Below are positions 14,508-22,241 of a stretch of 43,940 bases of DNA, piece after piece. Source of the stretch: Acidobacteriota bacterium (GTDB lineage Bacteria; Acidobacteriota; Polarisedimenticolia; Polarisedimenticolales; Polarisedimenticolaceae); NCBI GenBank assembly GCA_031401755.1, contig JANNRU010000643.1, positions 1 through 43,940 of the forward strand, in the 5' to 3' direction. Position numbers and translations under genes: made by a program. The notes under the pieces were generated by a model. The model had not been told where the DNA came from. It saw nothing but the letters and a program-made list of their open reading frames with translations, and did no database searches. Every line of letters begins with the position of its first letter. The stretch's first letter is position 1.

Positions 14508-17398
14508 TCGCGCCCACGAATCCGCTCTCGGCCGATCCCGCCGAAATCGACCCATCGGCTTCGATGGCGATCCGCGAGCTTGCTCGCTCCATCGATTCGA
14601 TCGCCGAGCGCGAAGCGCTGCTGGCGAGTCTATTCGACGGTCTGGACTCCTCGAGCGCGGTGCTCGAGTCGAGCGGCAAGATCCTCGCTGTCAACGCTGC
14701 ATGGCGCGCCGCGGTCGACCCCGGGTTGCCGTTTGGCTCGCGACTCGCCGCCGGAGACGATTACCTGACGCAGAGTCGTGTCGACGCCGCGGTCTCGGGC
14801 CCCGCGTCAGCGGTCGCGCGCATGCTCACCGCGACGACCGAGGGCCGCAATGACGAAATGCGGGTCGAATACCATGTCGACACGCAGCGCGGCTCACGTT
14901 GGTATCTGTGCCGCACCAAGCGCCTAAAGGTCGGGAACGTCGAGAGAATCCTCGTCTTGCACTCGGATGTCACCGCCTCGCGCCAGCACCAGGCCGCTCT
15001 GGAGCAGAGCGACAGACTGCATCGCCGGGCGCTCGAGCATATCGACGAAGGTTTCATCGAGCTTGACGTTCTCGGGCAGGTCTGTTTCGCCAATCGGGCG
15101 GGTCGAGAGATTCTCGGTGTGACGATCGGCGGGTTGCGCGGCGCGGAATTGAGTCAACTCGTCGGCGCCGAGAACTGCGCCAAATTCTCGAGGATCCTGG
15201 TGCGTTGCCGCCGGTCGCGACTGAAGCGTCGTCGGTTCGGGTTTCCGATCGTGAGGAAGCAAGCCGATCCCGTCGACGTCGTCGGATCGGTGACCGCGCT
15301 CGTCGACGACAGCAAGCAGCACATGGGCTATCGCGTCGTCGTTCATGACGTGTCGCGGCAGCGACGCGTGGAGCGCGAGCTGCAACGGTCTTGCCGGGAA
15401 CTTGAAGGTGCACGGAACGCTGCCCTCGAGGCCACGCGCACCAAGTCCGAGTTCGTTGCCAACGTGAGTCACGAGATCCGTACGCCGATGAACGGCATCA
15501 TCGGCATGACCGAGCTGGCCCTTGACAGTGATCTCGATGACGAGCAGCGGGACTACCTCCAGTCGGTGCGCAGCTCCGCGCTGGCCCTGCTCAAATTAAT
15601 CAACGACATCCTTGATTTTTCCAAGATCGAAGCGGGTCGAATGGAAGTCGAGCGGACACCGTTCTCGCTCCAAGAGCTGCTGGTCGAAGCACTCATGCCG
15701 TTGACGGTCCGCGCTTCGCGCAAGGGACTCGAATTGCTCTACGAGATGGTGCCAGACCTGCACCGCCAGCTCGTGGGGGATCCGAATCGCTTGCGTCAGG
15801 TCTTGATCAATCTGGTGGATAACGCGATCAAGTTCACCGGGTCCGGTGAAATCGTCGTTCGCGTCACCGTTCAGGAACGCACGGCGAGCGACGTGGTCTT
15901 GTGCATCCTCGTCGAGGACACCGGCATTGGAATCGATCCAGGCAAGCATGCGCTGATCTTCCAGTCCTTCGCGCAGGCCGACGGGTCGACCACTCGGAAG
16001 TACGGTGGAACCGGGCTGGGTCTGGCGATCTCCCGGCAGTTGGTCGAGTTGATGGGCGGTGAACTCTGGGTCGAGCCGGGCACCGTCGGCGGGAGCCGAT
16101 TCGTCTTCACCGTGCGGTTGGGCCTCGGCTACGAGCTTGCCCCGCCCCAGGGCGTCGACCCCCCGGCCGAGCTCGTCGGATTGCGAGTTCTCGTCGTCGA
16201 CGATCATTCCGCGAGTCGCGCAACGGCGCTCGAGAGTCTGCGAATCCTTGGCGTCCAAGGCGTCGGTGTCGTCTCGCTCGAATCGGCCTGGACCGCGATG
16301 CGGGCCGCCTGCGCGGCGACCGCGCCCTATGGTCTGCTGGCGGTCGACGCGCGATTGATCTCCGCCGGCGGCGAGGCGATTCTGTCCCACATCCGAGAAG
16401 ATGCCTCGTTGAGCCACGTGCCCATCGTCGTGATCACGTTGGCCGGACATCGAGAACCTGCCGGTGATTCGGCGATCAAGATCGGCGGCCTACTCACCAA
16501 GCCGTACCGCCTGGTCGAGTTGCGGGATCTGTTGCTCAGCGCGATTGGGGGTCGCACCCCGAAGCCTCTCGCGGCGCCGAAGCTGCCAGCGGAACCTAGC
16601 GCGCGTCCGCTTCGCATTCTCATCGCCGAGGACAACCGCGTCAACCAGGAGGTCGCACGACTCCTGCTTCTCAAAGCGGGTCACCGGGTCCGACTGGCGA
16701 CGAACGGGCAAGAGGCGCTCGAAGCCTTGAATCACGAATCGTTTGACCTCGTGCTGATGGACATCGAGATGCCTGGGATCGACGGGATCGCGGCGACCCG
16801 AATGATCCGTAGGCGCGACCATCATCGCCGAACGCCGATCATCGCGATTTCGGCCCACGCGATGCCCGGAGACCGAGAGCGGTTTCTCGACGCCGGAATG
16901 GACGCCTACCTCTCCAAGCCCTTCGACCATGCGGCGTTCCTCAAGCTCGTCAACGACGTCAGCGCGGGTAACGCGATCCACACCGAATCGCAGAGTGCCG
17001 CTACCGCGGACTCGAGCGCCGAACAGACGCTGCCGGTCGACGCCGCGCTGCTCTTCGAGCAGATGGGCAACGACCGGGTCCTGATCGACGAGATCACGTC
17101 CCTGTTCTACGCGGATCGCACGGAGATGATCGAGGCGTTGAGCGCGGCGATCCGCAGCCGAGTTCCCAAGGCCGTCGAGCGGGAAGCGCACAAGATCCGC
17201 AGCACCTTCAGCACGCTTGCTGCGGCGCCGGCCGCAGCGACGGCGCGATTACTGGAAGACCTGGCGTCAGGAGGGCAGCTCACGCGCGCTGGAGAGTTGC
17301 GCGACCAGATCGAGATCCAAGCCGTGGAGGTCGAAGAGGCTCTGCGGGCCTACTTCGAGTCGCACCCGGCGTTACTGGACGACGAAGTCCGAAAATAG
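14504..17398 (+). CDS. Soluble hybrid sensor histidine kinase: PAS-PAS-HisKA-HATPase-REC-REC-HPt
   Basis: The ATG overlaps the GTPase stop (ATGA at 14504-14507). I see no TM segment. H-box SHEIRTPMNGI, G1 DTGIGI, G2 GGTGLGLAIS. REC1 VLVVDDH...LLAVDA...LLTKP. REC2 ILIAEDN...LVLMDIEMPGIDG...YLSKP. HPt EAHKIRSTFSTL. Confidence 0.9.
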   Translation: MIAPTNPLSADPAEIDPSASMAIRELARSIDSIAEREALLASLFDGLDSSSAVLESSGKILAVNAAWRAAVDPGLPFGSRLAAGDDYLTQSRVDAAVSGPASAVARMLTATTEGRNDEMRVEYHVDTQRGSRWYLCRTKRLKVGNVERILVLHSDVTASRQHQAALEQSDRLHRRALEHIDEGFIELDVLGQVCFANRAGREILGVTIGGLRGAELSQLVGAENCAKFSRILVRCRRSRLKRRRFGFPIVRKQADPVDVVGSVTALVDDSKQHMGYRVVVHDVSRQRRVERELQRSCRELEGARNAALEATRTKSEFVANVSHEIRTPMNGIIGMTELALDSDLDDEQRDYLQSVRSSALALLKLINDILDFSKIEAGRMEVERTPFSLQELLVEALMPLTVRASRKGLELLYEMVPDLHRQLVGDPNRLRQVLINLVDNAIKFTGSGEIVVRVTVQERTASDVVLCILVEDTGIGIDPGKHALIFQSFAQADGSTTRKYGGTGLGLAISRQLVELMGGELWVEPGTVGGSRFVFTVRLGLGYELAPPQGVDPPAELVGLRVLVVDDHSASRATALESLRILGVQGVGVVSLESAWTAMRAACAATAPYGLLAVDARLISAGGEAILSHIREDASLSHVPIVVITLAGHREPAGDSAIKIGGLLTKPYRLVELRDLLLSAIGGRTPKPLAAPKLPAEPSARPLRILIAEDNRVNQEVARLLLLKAGHRVRLATNGQEALEALNHESFDLVLMDIEMPGIDGIAATRMIRRRDHHRRTPIIAISAHAMPGDRERFLDAGMDAYLSKPFDHAAFLKLVNDVSAGNAIHTESQSAATADSSAEQTLPVDAALLFEQMGNDRVLIDEITSLFYADRTEMIEALSAAIRSRVPKAVEREAHKIRSTFSTLAAAPAAATARLLEDLASGGQLTRAGELRDQIEIQAVEVEEALRAYFESHPALLDDEVRK

Positions 17399-17800
17399 AA
17401 CTTCGTCGATCTGGCCGTCGTCGAGCAGCGGTTCCAGCGCGATCTTGACCTCGCGTCGGAAGCTCTCTTTTCCGATCGGGCTGACCAATTCCTCGGAGCT
17501 CTTGGTCGTCAGCAGGCTGAGGATGCGATCCCGCATCTTGGCCTGCATCAGCGGGTTCGCGCTGACGCTTACGGCTAGGCTCGCGGGCGCGATCGCGAGT
17601 TGAAGGTTGACCTTCGCGAATCGATCGCGTCCGGACTCGTGGATGTTGACCAGGAAGGTCTCCATCGTCACCAGTCCCGGTGGTTCCGCCTTGGCTTCCA
17701 CCGGCGCTTCGTGCTCACTCTTCCCCAGCATTAGGAAGGCGCCCGCGCCCCCGGCGACGAGGACCACGGGAAGCACGATCATCAGGAGCTTCTTGTTCAT
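17372..17800 (-). CDS. fliL: Flagellar basal-body-associated protein FliL
   Basis: MNKKLLMIVLPVVLVAGGAGAFLML is a single TM. FliL core: METFLVNIHESGRDRFAKVNLQL ... EVLFSDFVVQ. GGAG SD upstream. The 3' end overlaps the kinase 3' end by 27 nt (convergent). Confidence 0.85.
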   Translation of the reverse strand: MNKKLLMIVLPVVLVAGGAGAFLMLGKSEHEAPVEAKAEPPGLVTMETFLVNIHESGRDRFAKVNLQLAIAPASLAVSVSANPLMQAKMRDRILSLLTTKSSEELVSPIGKESFRREVKIALEPLLDDGQIDEVLFSDFVVQ

Positions 17801-17850
17801 GCAGATCTCCGGAAAGGCCTCGTCTAATCTCGCGTCCGCCGTGTCGGAAT

Positions 17851-17877
17851 TCAAGACTCTCGCCGTCGTGCCGATAA
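17851..17877 (+). promoter_or_regulatory. Sigma28 (FliA)-type promoter, rightward-facing
   Basis: TCAA-N15-GCCGATAA (TCAAGACTCTCGCCGTCGTGCCGATAA). The -10 box matches the enterobacterial consensus GCCGATAA exactly. It has the same architecture as the flgM promoter at 28227-28253. Confidence 0.55.
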
Positions 17878-17896
17878 CGGAAATGGAAGGTGGGAC

Positions 17897-18175
17897 ATGG
17901 ACATTCGGATCGGAAGCACGCCGCCAGTGGGGGCCCCAGGCGATCGACACCCGGTCCCCGAGGGCCAGGTCGAGGCCAAGCTGCTCGCCGTCCGAGCGCC
18001 GAGAAAGCGCGGCTCGGCGCCCCCGGTCGACCAACGAGAGCGCCGCCAGCCCGGGGGCGAGCGCGACCCGCAGGGCGGGCGCGTCCTTGTGTTGTTGATT
18101 CCCGACGGTGACCGGTTGCCCGATGGGATCGAGGCCGGCAACTGGCGCGTGTTTCTACGTTTCTCGCGCCGATAG
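17897..18175 (+). CDS. Hypothetical 92-aa ORF downstream of the sigma28-type promoter (coding status uncertain)
   Basis: The ATG lies 20 nt after the -10 box, with GGAAGG 6 nt upstream. GC3 is high. The product is Pro/Gly/Arg-rich with no recognisable fold, and the exact antisense frame also has high GC3. Confidence 0.25.
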   Translation: MDIRIGSTPPVGAPGDRHPVPEGQVEAKLLAVRAPRKRGSAPPVDQRERRQPGGERDPQGGRVLVLLIPDGDRLPDGIEAGNWRVFLRFSRR

Positions 18176-18191
18176 AAGCGCGTCCGACCCG

Positions 18192-19016
18192 TCAGCGGCG
18201 GACGAGTTGGTCCAAGAATACAGAGTTGGCCACGGCGTGCTCGCGACCATCGACCTCGATGACGGTCTGCAGCGGGGTGATCGCCTTCAGCGTGCCGCGA
18301 CTGTCACCGACCTCCAGCGACTCACCCGCACGGAAGAGTTTTCGAGCATAGAATCCGGCGACGATGTTGCGAGTCACGTCTTGGGTCCCCAATCCGAACG
18401 ACAACCCGAAAGCCAGCGCCGCGCCGGCGAGTCCGCAAAACGTCACGATGCGGATGATCTCGATATTGATTTTCAACTGGGCCACCGCCATGACGCCGGC
18501 GATGAAAACGACGAGCACTGAAACGATGTTGCCCAGAGCCGACGAGTAGTCGATGCCCGACTCGCGCGCCGACCGCGTTACCGCGGCACCGATGAACTGA
18601 CCGGCGCTGCTGCCGATCAGCAACAAGAGCAGCGCCGTCACCAGATTCGGCAAGAACGCCAAAAAACCACCGATGGCGCTTGATATCGGCTCGAGGCCCA
18701 GAGCGTCGGCCGCGGTCTGCGCGAACAGGAACAGCATCAGCCAGTAGACGACGCGCGGCAAGACCGAACTCAGAGGCTCCTCGATTCCGAATCGTTTGAA
18801 CGTCGTGTCCATGCCGTAGCGCGCCGGGAGCGCATCGAAACCGGATCGTCGCAGCACTGCGCGCAGCACGATCGAGATCGTCTTGGCCACGATCAGCGCA
18901 AAGACGACGACCATCAGACCGACGACGATGCGCGGGATCGCACCGAAGAATCCAGCGATCATCCCCTCCCAAGTCGAACGGGCATGCTCCAAGATACTGA
19001 TCGTCTCCACGCTCAC
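18192..19016 (-). CDS. MscS-related mechanosensitive-channel-like membrane protein (CmpX-like, conserved-TM-helix repeats)
   Basis: Several TM helices. C-terminal beta-domain-like ESLEVGDSRGTLKAITPLQTVIEVDGREHAVANSVF resembles the MscS beta domain. The start overlaps the upstream gene by 4 nt. Confidence 0.65.
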   Translation of the reverse strand: MSVETISILEHARSTWEGMIAGFFGAIPRIVVGLMVVVFALIVAKTISIVLRAVLRRSGFDALPARYGMDTTFKRFGIEEPLSSVLPRVVYWLMLFLFAQTAADALGLEPISSAIGGFLAFLPNLVTALLLLLIGSSAGQFIGAAVTRSARESGIDYSSALGNIVSVLVVFIAGVMAVAQLKINIEIIRIVTFCGLAGAALAFGLSFGLGTQDVTRNIVAGFYARKLFRAGESLEVGDSRGTLKAITPLQTVIEVDGREHAVANSVFLDQLVRR

Positions 19017-19252
19017 TCCCTTCGCGGTTTCTCACCATCGCCGACCCCGAGCAGTCCGAAGATCGCCCCGATGAACTCCAACAGCACCAAGAACGGCGCA
19101 AACCACGCCAGCTCTACAACCTGCCGGCCGAGAAACTTGCGTTGCAATTTGCCGTGCAGCCGGTCGCGAAATCGCGGATCGACCGCGTGACGCAAGGACC
19201 GCAGTTCGGCCACGGGCGCACCCGGGTCGATCTCGGTTTCGTCGTCATTCAT
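19013..19252 (-). CDS. Small single-pass membrane protein, putative anti-sigma/CfrX-like partner of the ECF sigma
   Basis: 79 aa. The cytoplasmic N-terminal ~45 aa is followed by the TM VVELAWFAPFLVLLEFIGAIFGLLGV. It is start/stop coupled on both sides, to the sigma gene upstream and the channel gene downstream. Confidence 0.4.
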   Translation of the reverse strand: MNDDETEIDPGAPVAELRSLRHAVDPRFRDRLHGKLQRKFLGRQVVELAWFAPFLVLLEFIGAIFGLLGVGDGEKPRRE

Positions 19253-19845
19253 GGTTCGTTGGCCGACAGGCCTTGCAGGCTACCGTAACGGGCGCGAAAC
19301 GCCTCGCGTCCGCGCTTGATCCGCATCTTCGTCGCCGAGAGGCTCAGATTCAACGAATCGGCGATCTCTTGATACTCCATACCGTCATGATCGCAGAGGA
19401 TCAGGGGTATTCGAAGCGTTTCCGGTATCGAGTCGAGCACGGCGCCGATCCGGGCCAGCTCTTTGGCGGATACGTGGGCCTGGGCGGTGTCGGGCGCCTG
19501 GGTCAGGGGCTCTTCGCCTTCCAACGCGGGATCGTCCACGTTCACGAAGGTCACGCGCCGGCGGCGCTCGAGAAAATTGAGGCAGTGGTTGACCTTGATC
19601 CGCTGAAGCCAGGTCCGAAACTGTGAACGGCCCTCGAAGCCACGGATTCCGAAGAGCGCCTTGACGAAGATGTCCTGCGCAAGATCCTCGGCGTCATCGG
19701 CCGAGCGTGTCAGATAGCGGCAATTGGTCACGATGCCCTCACGGTGGCGCTCGACGAGTTCATCGAAGGCGCGAAAGTCGCCTTCCATGGCCTTCGCGAC
19801 GCGTTCGGCGAGCGCCTCGTCGCTTTCGGAGGAACGGGCGGCCAA
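19249..19845 (-). CDS. ECF (group 4) RNA polymerase sigma factor
   Basis: Region 2: AEDLAQDIFVKALFGIRGFEGRSQFRTWLQRIKVNHCLNFLERRRR. Region 4: DGMEYQEIADSLNLSLSATKMRIKRGREAF. TTG start with GAGGAG SD. Confidence 0.9.
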   Translation of the reverse strand: MAARSSESDEALAERVAKAMEGDFRAFDELVERHREGIVTNCRYLTRSADDAEDLAQDIFVKALFGIRGFEGRSQFRTWLQRIKVNHCLNFLERRRRVTFVNVDDPALEGEEPLTQAPDTAQAHVSAKELARIGAVLDSIPETLRIPLILCDHDGMEYQEIADSLNLSLSATKMRIKRGREAFRARYGSLQGLSANEP

Positions 19846-20111
19846 GTCGGGCTCCTCGTGATAGGTGACCCGTCAGGGTCCAAAAAGGTCACATCGTCCC
19901 GTGTGAGAAGAGCAGGCGCGGCACTCTACATCTGCGATCCGGCCGGAATCAAACCCACCATGGAATTCGCGGTCGATGTGACTTTCCCCGTTCCGAATGG
20001 TCTACTGGTGCGACCGAACCGAAATGCCGTGGTGGCGATCGAGATCGGGATCCAACCGGAGCCCCGGCGACCCGCAGTTCGTCGGGCACCCCAATTTAGC
20101 GGGAGCATCGA

Positions 20112-20873
20112 ATGATTCGAGTGGAGCAACACCTCTTTTTCGCAGCCCTTGTCACGCTCTTGGCGTTTCCGGCCGTTGCCGCGGACGATCCCGCCCGGCC
20201 GTGGACAGACGCGGCGGAGGTCTCGGCCGTGATCACCTCCGGCAACACCGAGACCAAGAACGTCGCGTTGGCGAACAAATTCATTTACAACTGGAGCGCG
20301 GCCGACCTGACGGTCGACGCCGCCGCGCTGCGCACCGAAAGCGACAGTACGACGACCGCGGAGGCCTACCAACTCGGCGGGAAGTACCGCCGGACGATCC
20401 GCGACAACTTTCTGTGGTACACGTTGGCCGGCTGGGACCGCAATCGATTTGCCGGCATCACCGACCGCTACACGGCAGGCGGCGGCGTCGGCTACCGGTT
20501 TTTCAAGGATGACCTGCAGGCCCTGATCGGGGAGCTCGGCGTCGACTACACGGACGAGAGCCGGACCGGCGGGACGAGCGACAGCTTCGCCGGCGCCCGA
20601 GCGTTCCTGGGCTACGATCGCAAGTTGAGCGAGACGTCCAGCTTGGCGACGAGTCTGGAGGTCCTCGAAAACCTCAGCGACACCGAAGATCTGCGGGCGA
20701 AGTGGATCACCGGCGTCACGGCGAGCCTCTCCTCGAGGTTGGCGCTCAAGGTCGGTTACGCGATGCTCTACGATCGTCAACCGGTCGAGGTGCTGGTCGG
20801 AGCCGGGCCTGCCGTCATCGAGTTCGACGATGTCGACACGATGCTCTCAGCCTCTCTTGTGATAAATTTTTAA
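20112..20873 (+). CDS. DUF481/YdiY-like outer-membrane beta-barrel protein
   Basis: Signal peptide [18 protein letters not shown]. Alternating beta-strand pattern, with SGNTETKN and GGGVGYRF motifs typical of DUF481. C-terminal aromatic residue (..LVINF). Confidence 0.7.
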   Translation: MIRVEQHLFFAALVTLLAFPAVAADDPARPWTDAAEVSAVITSGNTETKNVALANKFIYNWSAADLTVDAAALRTESDSTTTAEAYQLGGKYRRTIRDNFLWYTLAGWDRNRFAGITDRYTAGGGVGYRFFKDDLQALIGELGVDYTDESRTGGTSDSFAGARAFLGYDRKLSETSSLATSLEVLENLSDTEDLRAKWITGVTASLSSRLALKVGYAMLYDRQPVEVLVGAGPAVIEFDDVDTMLSASLVINF

Positions 20874-20898
20874 CCGTTTTGATCAAGGAGGATCCGAT

Positions 20899-21345
20899 GT
20901 GCTGAAAGACTTCAAAGATTTCGCAATGCGCGGGAACGTCGTCGATCTGGCGGTCGGCATCGTCATTGGTGGAGCGTTCGGCAAGATAGTCTCGTCGTTC
21001 GTCTCCGATGTGCTGATGCCTCCGATCGGTCTCGCGCTCGGCGGTGTCGACTTCTCGAACCTGTTCCTCGACCTGTCGGGGAAGGGGCACGCCACGCTCG
21101 AAGCGGCCAAGGCCGCCGGCGCGGCGACGATCAACTACGGTGTGTTCGTCAATACCGTGCTCGACTTCTTGATCGTCGCTTTCGCGATCTTCATGGTCGT
21201 CAAGGCAATGAACAGGATGAAGCGCGAAGAGGCGGCGCCACCTGCGGTACCGACCACGAAATCCTGCACCTACTGCCTGAGCGAAATACCGCTCAAGGCC
21301 ACGAAGTGCATGCACTGCACCTCCGCGCTGCAAGCGACGGCGTGA
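20899..21345 (+). CDS. mscL: Large-conductance mechanosensitive channel MscL with a C-terminal CxxC-x10-CxxC tail
   Basis: [40 protein letters not shown] and the TM2 segment [19 protein letters not shown] start 7 nt after AAGGAGG. Tail is [22 protein letters not shown]. Confidence 0.9.
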   Translation: MLKDFKDFAMRGNVVDLAVGIVIGGAFGKIVSSFVSDVLMPPIGLALGGVDFSNLFLDLSGKGHATLEAAKAAGAATINYGVFVNTVLDFLIVAFAIFMVVKAMNRMKREEAAPPAVPTTKSCTYCLSEIPLKATKCMHCTSALQATA

Positions 21346-21351
21346 ATTGCC

Positions 21352-21377
21352 GCTGGGCCCCCTGCGGGGGGCCCAGC
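21352..21377. terminator. Bidirectional hairpin terminator between mscL and the HDOD gene
   Basis: GCTGGGCCCC (21352-21361) pairs with GGGGCCCAGC (21368-21377) across a 6-nt loop, in the 35-nt gap between convergent stops. Confidence 0.6.
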
Positions 21378-21380
21378 GCT

Positions 21381-22241
21381 CTAGAAGAGCTTGCGCACCT
21401 CGATCAGCTCGTCTTCCATCTCGACCATCAGAGTCGCCAGTTCGATATCGGGGACTCCCAGCAGGTCGATCGCCGCCTCCTGTAGCAGGTCGAGGTCGGC
21501 ATCCGGACGCAGGTGCATCCCGAACTTCTGCGTGACCAGATTCGCCGCCTGGACGCAAACGAGCAGGGGATCCGAGTCCTCGTCGACCTCTTGGCGATCG
21601 ACGAGGGCCGTCCGGCAGATCGACTCCGGTAGATTCCATTTCGTCAGCGTATTGAACCCGAGCTCGCAATGCAGGGCCTCGATCAGCTCCAGCAAAACGT
21701 CGCGGGTTGCGGTCACGCCGAGTCCGTCCGACTCGAGCAGGTCCGCGCCCCGGAGAATCAGCAACTGCCCGCAATCGTGGAGCAAGCCAGCCAGGAAGGC
21801 CTCATCCGGATCGGCGTCGATGCGTGGCGCCAGGCGGCGCGCGGCGAACGCCGTCGCCACCGAGTGATCCCACAGGATGTGTTGGAAATCCTGTTTGGTC
21901 TTCAGCTCGCCACCTTGAAAATGGCCTTTCATCAGCAGTGCGGTAACGACCGACCCGACCTGCTTGAAGCCAAGTCGCGCGATCGCTTGGTTCAGGTCGC
22001 CGACCTGTCGTAGCCCGCCGAAAGCCGCCGAGTTCGCAATTCTCAGGATCTCGCCGGAGAGGGCCGGATCGCGGGAGATCAGCGCGGCGATCCGTTTGGC
22101 GTCGACATCTTCCTGGCCTAGGAGTTGGGTCAGTCGGAGCGCGAGTTCCGGGATCGGCGGCAGGCTGATCTCCCCAGCCTCGACCATCCCCCGGATGCGA
22201 TCCGAAAGAGACGACACGGTCGGTGTCACGGCCTCGGTCAT
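21381..22241 (-). CDS. HDOD domain protein
   Basis: LPPIPELALRLTQLL...IAALISRDPALSGEILRIANSAAFG...QAIARLGF, and the later AFLAGLLHDCGQLLIL. The ATG overlaps the upstream ATPase stop (ATGA at 22238-22241). Confidence 0.85.
   Translation of the reverse strand: MTEAVTPTVSSLSDRIRGMVEAGEISLPPIPELALRLTQLLGQEDVDAKRIAALISRDPALSGEILRIANSAAFGGLRQVGDLNQAIARLGFKQVGSVVTALLMKGHFQGGELKTKQDFQHILWDHSVATAFAARRLAPRIDADPDEAFLAGLLHDCGQLLILRGADLLESDGLGVTATRDVLLELIEALHCELGFNTLTKWNLPESICRTALVDRQEVDEDSDPLLVCVQAANLVTQKFGMHLRPDADLDLLQEAAIDLLGVPDIELATLMVEMEDELIEVRKLF

Noticed and set aside
13725-16450. Minus-strand ORFs of 276 aa (13725-14555) and 284 aa (15596-16450) opposite the GTPase and kinase genes
   Set aside because: The sense-strand proteins have complete G-domain and HisKA/HATPase motifs. 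The antisense ORFs lack any signature.
17801-18034. In-frame 78-aa N-terminal extension of FliL (220-aa track ORF, TTG start), briefly considered as a PilZ-like domain
   Set aside because: The internal ATG at 17800 has a GGAG SD and gives a canonical FliL with a short N-terminus and a TM. The extension has only a TTG start and no RxxxR / D-x-S-x-x-G PilZ motifs. Its codon quality decays toward fliL. The region also carries the rightward sigma28-type promoter.
18143-18176. Plus-strand TGGCGCG...TTCT and GCCGATAG motifs near the channel gene 3' end, considered as sigma54/sigma28 promoters
   Set aside because: The sigma54-like -12 element is wrong (TTCT). The GCCGATAG box has no TAAA/TCAA element at the N15 position. 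Neither faces a downstream gene.
19846-20111. ECF-type (GAAC...CGTC) autoregulatory promoter and a GTGACC/GGTCAC inverted repeat (19864-19891) in the sigma/DUF481 divergent region
   Set aside because: Several partial AAC and CGTC elements occur, but none has the 16-17-nt spacing needed in either orientation. The repeat has only 6-bp arms with a 16-nt gap. This is not enough to call.
19926-21774. Minus-strand ORFs of 284 aa (19926-20780) and 319 aa (20815-21774) opposite the DUF481 gene, mscL and the HDOD 3' region
   Set aside because: They are antisense or out of frame to genes with clear family signatures and good SD sites. The products are Arg/Gly-rich with no motifs.
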